A stretch of 64,000 nt of DNA from the human T2T-CHM13v2.0 reference genome, Homo sapiens, in assembly GCF_009914755.1 (NCBI RefSeq), contig NC_060945.1, one strand, 5' to 3'. Below are positions 57,437 to 64,000 of the stretch, piece by piece. Position 1 is the first letter of the stretch. Each line of letters starts with the position of its first letter. The notes under the pieces were generated by a model. That model worked only from the letters and a program-made list of their open reading frames with translations, had not been told where the DNA came from and did not search any database. A program made the position numbers and the translations under genes.

Positions 57437-57732
57437 TTTTGGAGCATGTCGCAGGGATCTGAGGCTTGGGGTAAGCGTCGGAGACTGGCTCATTTGGAGC
57501 TTTTGGAGCATGTCGCAGGGATCTGAGGCCTGGGGTAAGCCTCGGAGACTGGCTCATTTGGAGCTTTTAAAGCGTGTCGCGGGGACCTGAGTCCTCACAG
57601 ACTGGCTCATTTGGAGCTTTTGAAGCGTGTTGCGGGGACCTGAGTCCTCGGAGACTGGCTCATTTGGAGCTTTTGGAGTGTGTCGCGGGGACCTGGGGCC
57701 TGGGGTAAGCCTTGGAGACTGGCTCATTTGGA
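57437..57732. repeat. Minisatellite, 5 copies of 64/53-bp unit
   Basis: tttt..agc.tgtcgc.ggga.ctg...gactggctcatttggagc repeated. Confidence 0.93.
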
Positions 57733-57829
57733 AAGGGCTCACCAGGCTGCAGTCACTGTGTGGACTTCCCCAAGGGCCACCCTGTGCCCTGCTTAACATT
57801 TTGCCAAAGACAGAAATGGCAAGTTCAAA

Positions 57830-59035
57830 AAAGTGAGGTTGACAAAGTGAAGTGATAACCCACAGAATCAAAGAAAATATTTGCAAACTATCCATATGGC
57901 AAGGGATTCATAACCCAAATATATGAGGAGCTCAGACAACTCAATGGCCAAAAAAAAAAAAAAGCAGCCAGGTGCAGTGGCTCACACCTGTAATCCCAGC
58001 ACTTTAGGGGGCCAACACAGGTGGACTGCTTGAGCCCAGGAGTTTGAGACCAGCCTGGGCAACATGGCAAAACCCTGTCTCTACAAAAAATACAAAAATT
58101 AGCCAGGCGTGCTGTTGCACACCTGTGGTCCCCGCTACTCCGGAGGCTGAGGCGGGAGGATTGGTGATTGATTGCTTGAGCCCGGGAAGCAGAGGCTGCA
58201 GGGAGCCATGACTGTGCCACTGCACTCCAGCCTGGGCAACAGAGTGAGACCCTATCTCAAAACAACAATAACAAACAATAATCATCTGATTAAAAATGGG
58301 TAAAAGATGTGAACAGACTTTTCTCAAAAGAAGACATACAAAGGCCAACAGGTGTTTTAAAATATGCTCAACATCACTAATCAGCAGAGAAATGCAAATC
58401 AAACCACAGTGCATTACCATCTCAGCCCAGTGAAAATGGCTTGTATCAGAAAGACAGGCAATAACAGACGCTGGTGAGGGTGTAGAACACTGTGGGTGGG
58501 AAGGTAGCACAGTACAGCCCCTATGAGAAACAGTACGAAAAGCACAACTACCATGTAATCCAGCAATTCCACTACTGGTATTTATCCAAAAGAAAGGAAA
58601 TTAGTATGTCAGAGATCTCTGCACTCCTGTGTTTATTGCAGCACCGTTCACAATAGCCAAGATACGGAATCAACCTAAGGGCTTATCAGTGGATGAATGG
58701 ATAAAGAAAATGTGGTAAATATACACAATGGAATATTATTCAGCTATCGAAAAGAATGAAATCCTGTCATTTTCAGCAACATAGATGGAACTGGGGGTCA
58801 TTATGTTAAGCGCAATAAGCCAGGCACAGAAAGACCAACATCTCACGCTGTCACTCGTGTGGAAGCTAAACCAGAGGCTCCCGTGGAGGCAGAGAGTGGA
58901 ATGGCGGTTCCCAGAGGAAGGAGGCGGAGGGGCGATAAAGGAGGGAAATCTAAACGTGTTTCTCGTCACTGAGCTGTACGCTTTAAAATGGTGCAGATGG
59001 TACATTTTATATGTATGTTATTCCTCAATTTAAAA
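57830..59035 (+). mobile_element. L1MA 3' fragment with AluJ inserted (about 57967-58275)
   Basis: L1 C-terminal and 3'UTR motifs (tgtttattgcagcac..., gatgaatggataaagaaaatgtgg). Confidence 0.85.
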
Positions 59036-59950
59036 ATTAATTTTAAAAGCGAGGTTAATGTTGCAAATGTTGTCACTGAGGCACCCACGTGTTTACCTTA
59101 AATTGCGTTTTGTGGCACTCAGGGACAGGCAGGCTATTTAAAAAGTGTGCATTTTTTCAGCTTCACTAGAAATAGAATTTGTGGCAGTTTGTGGACTTTG
59201 TCACGAATCAAGCTTTCCTTTGGGAAGATCTTTCCTGTGTGGGCTTGGGTGAGTGCCTTTGCCTGCTGGAGGGAGGGGGAGCCTGCCTCAGTGGTGGTGG
59301 GGGCTGTGGGGATGGAGTCTTTATCCCATAAGGAGCTCTCAGTGTGCCCAGGCATCTCATAGGGATTGTACCCACCATCCCCATGGTGGGCTGATTCCGG
59401 GTCTCACCAACAGCCCTCATGACCCACCTGCTGGGCACCATGAGCCCGCCCCAGCTGCCCTGCAGATCACAGATGCCGGAAAGGCTCCCGGTGCCTGCTC
59501 CTGCTCCTGCAGCTGAGCAGCCAGCCACACCCGCTCCTCCTCCCCAGGTCCACAGCCGCCAAGTTCTGAGTCTTCCCCACCCCAAGCCTGTCCCTTTCTC
59601 CACCAAGGGCCAGCACAGCCATCTGGGTTGTCCACACCAACTCCCCTCCACAGTCCTCATTCCTGAAGGCACCCCTCCCTACTCAGCCCTGCCGCCTCTT
59701 CCTCTAAGGGACCCCTCCTGGACAGGGTTCTCAAAGTCCAGTGCACACAAAACCCTGGGGGTTCCAGCTTGTGAGGTCAGCATGGGCTGGGAGTGCCCTG
59801 ACCCCACTTTGAGAAACACCACAGCTCCATCCCCAGCAGAGGTGCTGGTCCCCCCAGGGTCCTTCTCCATCTTGGAGGGACATGTGCCCCTCACTTGCTC
59901 CTACTCAGGATCTAGGCCTCCTTGCTGCACCCAGCACAGCTGCCCTGAAC

Positions 59951-60045
59951 TCCCCCTCCCCTCCGCCGCAGCCTCCCCTCCGCCGCAGCCTCCCCTCTGC
60001 CACAGCCTCCCCTCCGCCACAGCCTCCCCTCCGCTGCAGCCTCTC
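59951..60045. repeat. ~17-18-bp C-rich tandem repeat
   Basis: cctccgcc(g/a)cagcctccc about 5 times. Confidence 0.85.
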
Positions 60046-60819
60046 TGGCCTCCTGTGAACTGCTTGGCTGTTCCTAAGCCTTGGTCCCTGGAAAATCCCA
60101 GTTCCAGCTCAGCGCCCACATCCAGGTGATGCTCAAATGGGCCCAGCCTCAACTCTCAGCCCACAGAGCTCAGAGGACGGCTGAGGCCTCTGGTCAGAAG
60201 ACCCCAGGCTTCCCCGAAGGAAGGGACACCTCACGAGGACAGCCTGTCACCACAGTCCTAATGGACTTCCAGGGACCACAGTGCCAGCGCTTTCCATCAG
60301 AATGGCTGACAGTATTAGAGATCATACATCATTCATTTGCCTCACGAACCCCGAGGGAGTGCTTGCTCCAGAGAGACCCCTGGGCTCCCAGGGCCTGGCA
60401 CTGGTGACAGTGGCATGGGAGGGGCACATGAGCCGGGTGGCACAGCAAGGCAGCACCGTGACCCTAGGGGTGCTGTGGGCGGAGAAGATGGGGGCAGTCC
60501 TGGGCTGCTGAGCTTCTCTGAGGGGTCATCGTCCTTCAGGCAAGTGGCAGGAAGTGGCCCACAGGCTTCCAAGCTGCGGGAGCAGAGTGAACAAGCAGCA
60601 GGAAGAGCTGAGAGTCCTGGGAACAGTGGAGCCTGCATGGAGGGGACAGGAAAGGGGATGGAGTCCGGGGCAGCAGTGAGAGACCCAGAGGACGAGAGAC
60701 CTGGAGACACCTGCAGCCCTGGGAGACGCCCTGGCAGCCAGGGCTCAGGAAAAACCATCCTCAGAGAAGACACACGAGGTCATTATTCAGAACAAGAGTA
60801 GGTAGATAAAAGCATATCC

Positions 60820-61106
<287 letters not shown>

Positions 61107-62506
61107 TTAGTGCTATTCTCAGCATCAGAAGTCAAAATGGCAACTCATTAAGCATCACCACCAGCGATGTTTGTGGTGGGAGAGTGGAGACCATAGACCC
61201 CCAGCATTGATAATGTTGGTCCAAGTAAAATGCAAGAACTTCAAATGCAAGGGTCAAAGTGTCCCTTGAATAACCGCATTTTTCTCGGGTAGAATTCCAA
61301 ATTACAGCGAGTTCATAGCACTGGTCCTGCCCCGCCACGATGACCCACTTGGTGTTGATGGACGAGAACGCGCTTGTGTCTTACTCGTGCAGTTTGCTAA
61401 ACTAACAACCAAAAGGCCATCGCGCCCTTACAGTTTTATTCCCCGCTGACAGATTTGAGGGGAGCTGTCAGGTGGGAGGCTTCTGAGAGCATTCTAGCCT
61501 ATTACACCCAGCAAATAGATTACATCACTTAGACATACGTTTGCTTTTAAAAATAACTTTATTTTTCCTACGACACAAGTAATAATAGGTTCCTTGTTGA
61601 AACCTCATCACATATGGATGACAAAAAGTAGGAATGAAAACTGATCACAATTTCACTGTCAGAGATAGACACTGAGCATCTCGGCACCATGCAGCAAGAA
61701 TGTATGTAGATACCCATGGTAGATAAAAAATATATGATATATGGGCATAAAACATGGACTGTCCCGTCGTCTTCTGTGAGCCGCCAGCACAGCTGATGAT
61801 GTGGGTGGCACAGGCATTGAGTCACCACTGGGAGTGGCCGTCATCCCTCTCCTGAAGAGACGGGGGATAGGGGGCCTGTGGGGCACCTGGGGATCGTCCC
61901 CTCCTCCACATGGCCTGTGCAGCTGGTCAGAGTGAGCTCACCAGGAGCACCGGCTGCTCCCAGCCCTGGGCCCCCTTGAGTTCTCCACCAGCACCCCGCC
62001 CCTGCGAATATGCACAGATCAAGGGGACAGGGCCCCGCTGGGCCACAGGCTCAGGACAGGTGACCATCCAAGAGGGCCGGGAAGTGGCGGGTGCTGCACA
62101 CTGGCCTGCTGGCCCAGTATCACCCGATCTCGTGTCTGCCTCTTGAGCGCTGATGGTGTGCGTCTGTGCCCCTCACAAAACAGCACTGCGGTAAGTCCAA
62201 GACACAAGCGGGCCAAAGACTCAAGGCAGTGCAGAAGGCGGCACGTGTTCCAGGGGAACACGGCACCCCTGACCATAGCAAGAGGCACAGGAAAGCGGCC
62301 TGCAGCAGGGAGGGGGCGGAGAGCCTGGTGTCTTCTGCATCCTAGGGAGCCAGGCTGTCTGTGCCCCAGTGGCTTCTCCATAACTTCTGGGTTCTGTGGA
62401 TGTCCCCTGCAGCCGGGACTCCTGACCGAGGCAGCTCCGTCAGGGTCCAACTGATTCCCCGCACATTGGGCAAGAGGTGGTTCCTAATCACACATCAGCT
62501 TCTTGA

Positions 62507-64000
62507 TGACCGTTAGTGGATTTTGGCTGCTGTAAGAAAATACCACTGACTGGGTGTTTCAACAACAAGCTGTGTTCCTCACAGTCTAGGGGCTGGAAGT
62601 TGGAGGCCAAGGTGGCAGCAGGGTCGGGTTCTGGCAAGGACACTCTTCCTGGTTTGCTCGCGGCTGTCTTCTTCTTGCACCCTCATGTGGCAGACAGAGC
62701 AAAAGTGACAGCATGCTCTCTGGGGTCTCCTTCATAAGAGGACCCCATCATGAGGGCCACAACCTAATCACCTCCCAAACGCCCTGCCTCCTAGCGCCAC
62801 CACACCAGGGTTAGAATTTCTATATAGGAACTCTGGGGAGATGCAATCGGCCCATAACATTCTGTTCCTGACTCCGAAATTGTACGTCCTTCTCATGTGC
62901 AAAACACATTCATTTCACCCCTCCAACCCCAAAGTGGTGGCTCGTTCTGCCATCAGCTCTAAAGTCTAAAGTCCAAAGTCTCATCTAAACATCATCTAAA
63001 TCAGATACGGGTGACACTCAAAGTTTACTTCCTCCCTAGCTGTGAACCTGTAAAATGGAACAAGTTACATGCGTTTAAAATACAATGGTGGGAGAGCCAT
63101 ATGACAGACTTTCCCATTCCGAAGGGGGAAATGGGAAGGAAGAAAAGGGTAACAGGTCCCATGGAGCCTGGACCCCAATAGGGCAAACAATGTTAAATCT
63201 TCAGGCTCAAGAATCATCTTCTTTGGCTTGAGCCCCTGCCCTCCAGACCCACTACGGCCATGGTCCTGCCCCTGCAGCTCTGGGGGGCAGGGGTCATGCC
63301 TGCAAGGCTCTGGGCAGCCCTGCCCCCAAGGCTTTGGGCAGGGAGCATCTGGCCTGTTGCTCCCAGGGAGCAGCTGCCCATGTGGCAGCCCTGATGGACT
63401 CTAAATCACCTTCTGGGTCCTTCTTCCCTTGTCTTGAAGAATAGTGCATGTTCACAGCCAAATAGCTCCCTGGTCCTGCTCGGTACAACCCAAGAGGTCA
63501 GACGGCCAAACTCACTTCCTTCCCCTCTCTCCCACCTTTGGTTCAAGCTGAGTGTTCCTGCCGGGACAGCTGGTTGTGACTGTGGTTCACACCCACACAA
63601 ATCCCCTTATCAGATGGTCATCTGGCTATGCCCTTAATGTTCTCTTCCAAACACACATTCTCATTTTTTTACATTATGCATAGGCTGAGGATTTTCCAAA
63701 TCTTTAAGTTCTGGTTTCTTTTTGTTTAACAGCTTGGTCTTGAAATCATTTCTAGCTTCTCACATTTTACCATAAGCAGCCAGGAGGAACTAAGCCGTCC
63801 CTTCAACACTTTGCTTATAAACCCCCTCAGCCAAGTATCGTGTTTCATCACTCACAAGTTCTGCTTTCCACACAACACCAGGACACAAACATAGTTCGGC
63901 CGAGTTCTTTGCTGCTTTTTAACAAGGTGGCCTTTCCTCCAGTTGACACTAGCATGTTCCTGGTTTCCATCTGAGCCTTCCCATCCAGGGTTCTGCTCAC
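62507..64000 (-). mobile_element. MaLR provirus remnant: MLT1A-type 3' LTR (62507-62859) plus internal sequence running off the window
   Basis: Antisense MLT1 LTR (ggctgctgtaagaaaatacca...cccataaca), an adjacent purine-rich PPT on minus, then MaLR-int-like sequence. Confidence 0.75.

Noticed and set aside
57437-57732. CRISPR-like array (also 29418-29600)
   Set aside because: Eukaryotic context, contiguous units without unique spacers, and no cas genes.
59419-60129. 236-aa proline-rich ORF
   Set aside because: Low complexity, spans a C-rich tandem repeat, no recognisable homology, and expected by chance at this GC content.

Overview
This is human-type genomic DNA, recognisable as the distal end of the chr21q22.3 KRTAP10/KRTAP12 hair keratin-associated protein cluster. 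The window holds TSPEAR exon 1 (minus strand, ATG at 43948, donor at 43866). Everything to its left is TSPEAR intron 1. Nested in that intron are the single-exon genes KRTAP12-1 (minus) and KRTAP10-12 (plus), a 5'-truncated KRTAP10 pseudogene (probably KRTAP10-13P), a decayed KRTAP12-4-like relic at about 18.76-19.05 kb, and the processed IMMT/MIC60 pseudogene inside an old near-full-length L1. The rest is Alu, L1, MaLR/ERV LTRs (MST, MLT1, MLT2A, MER11), MER1, CpG-rich regions and mini/microsatellites. I see no evidence for a wholly new gene system. The best leads are: the KRTAP12-4-like relic; an ATG>ACG start change in strong Kozak context plus a 5'UTR minisatellite at KRTAP10-12; an overlapping uORF on TSPEAR; a splice isoform recorded in the IMMT retrocopy; and a TATA/GC-box promoter-like element antisense in TSPEAR intron 1. 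Gene names and repeat subfamilies come from recall of the families, not from database searches.
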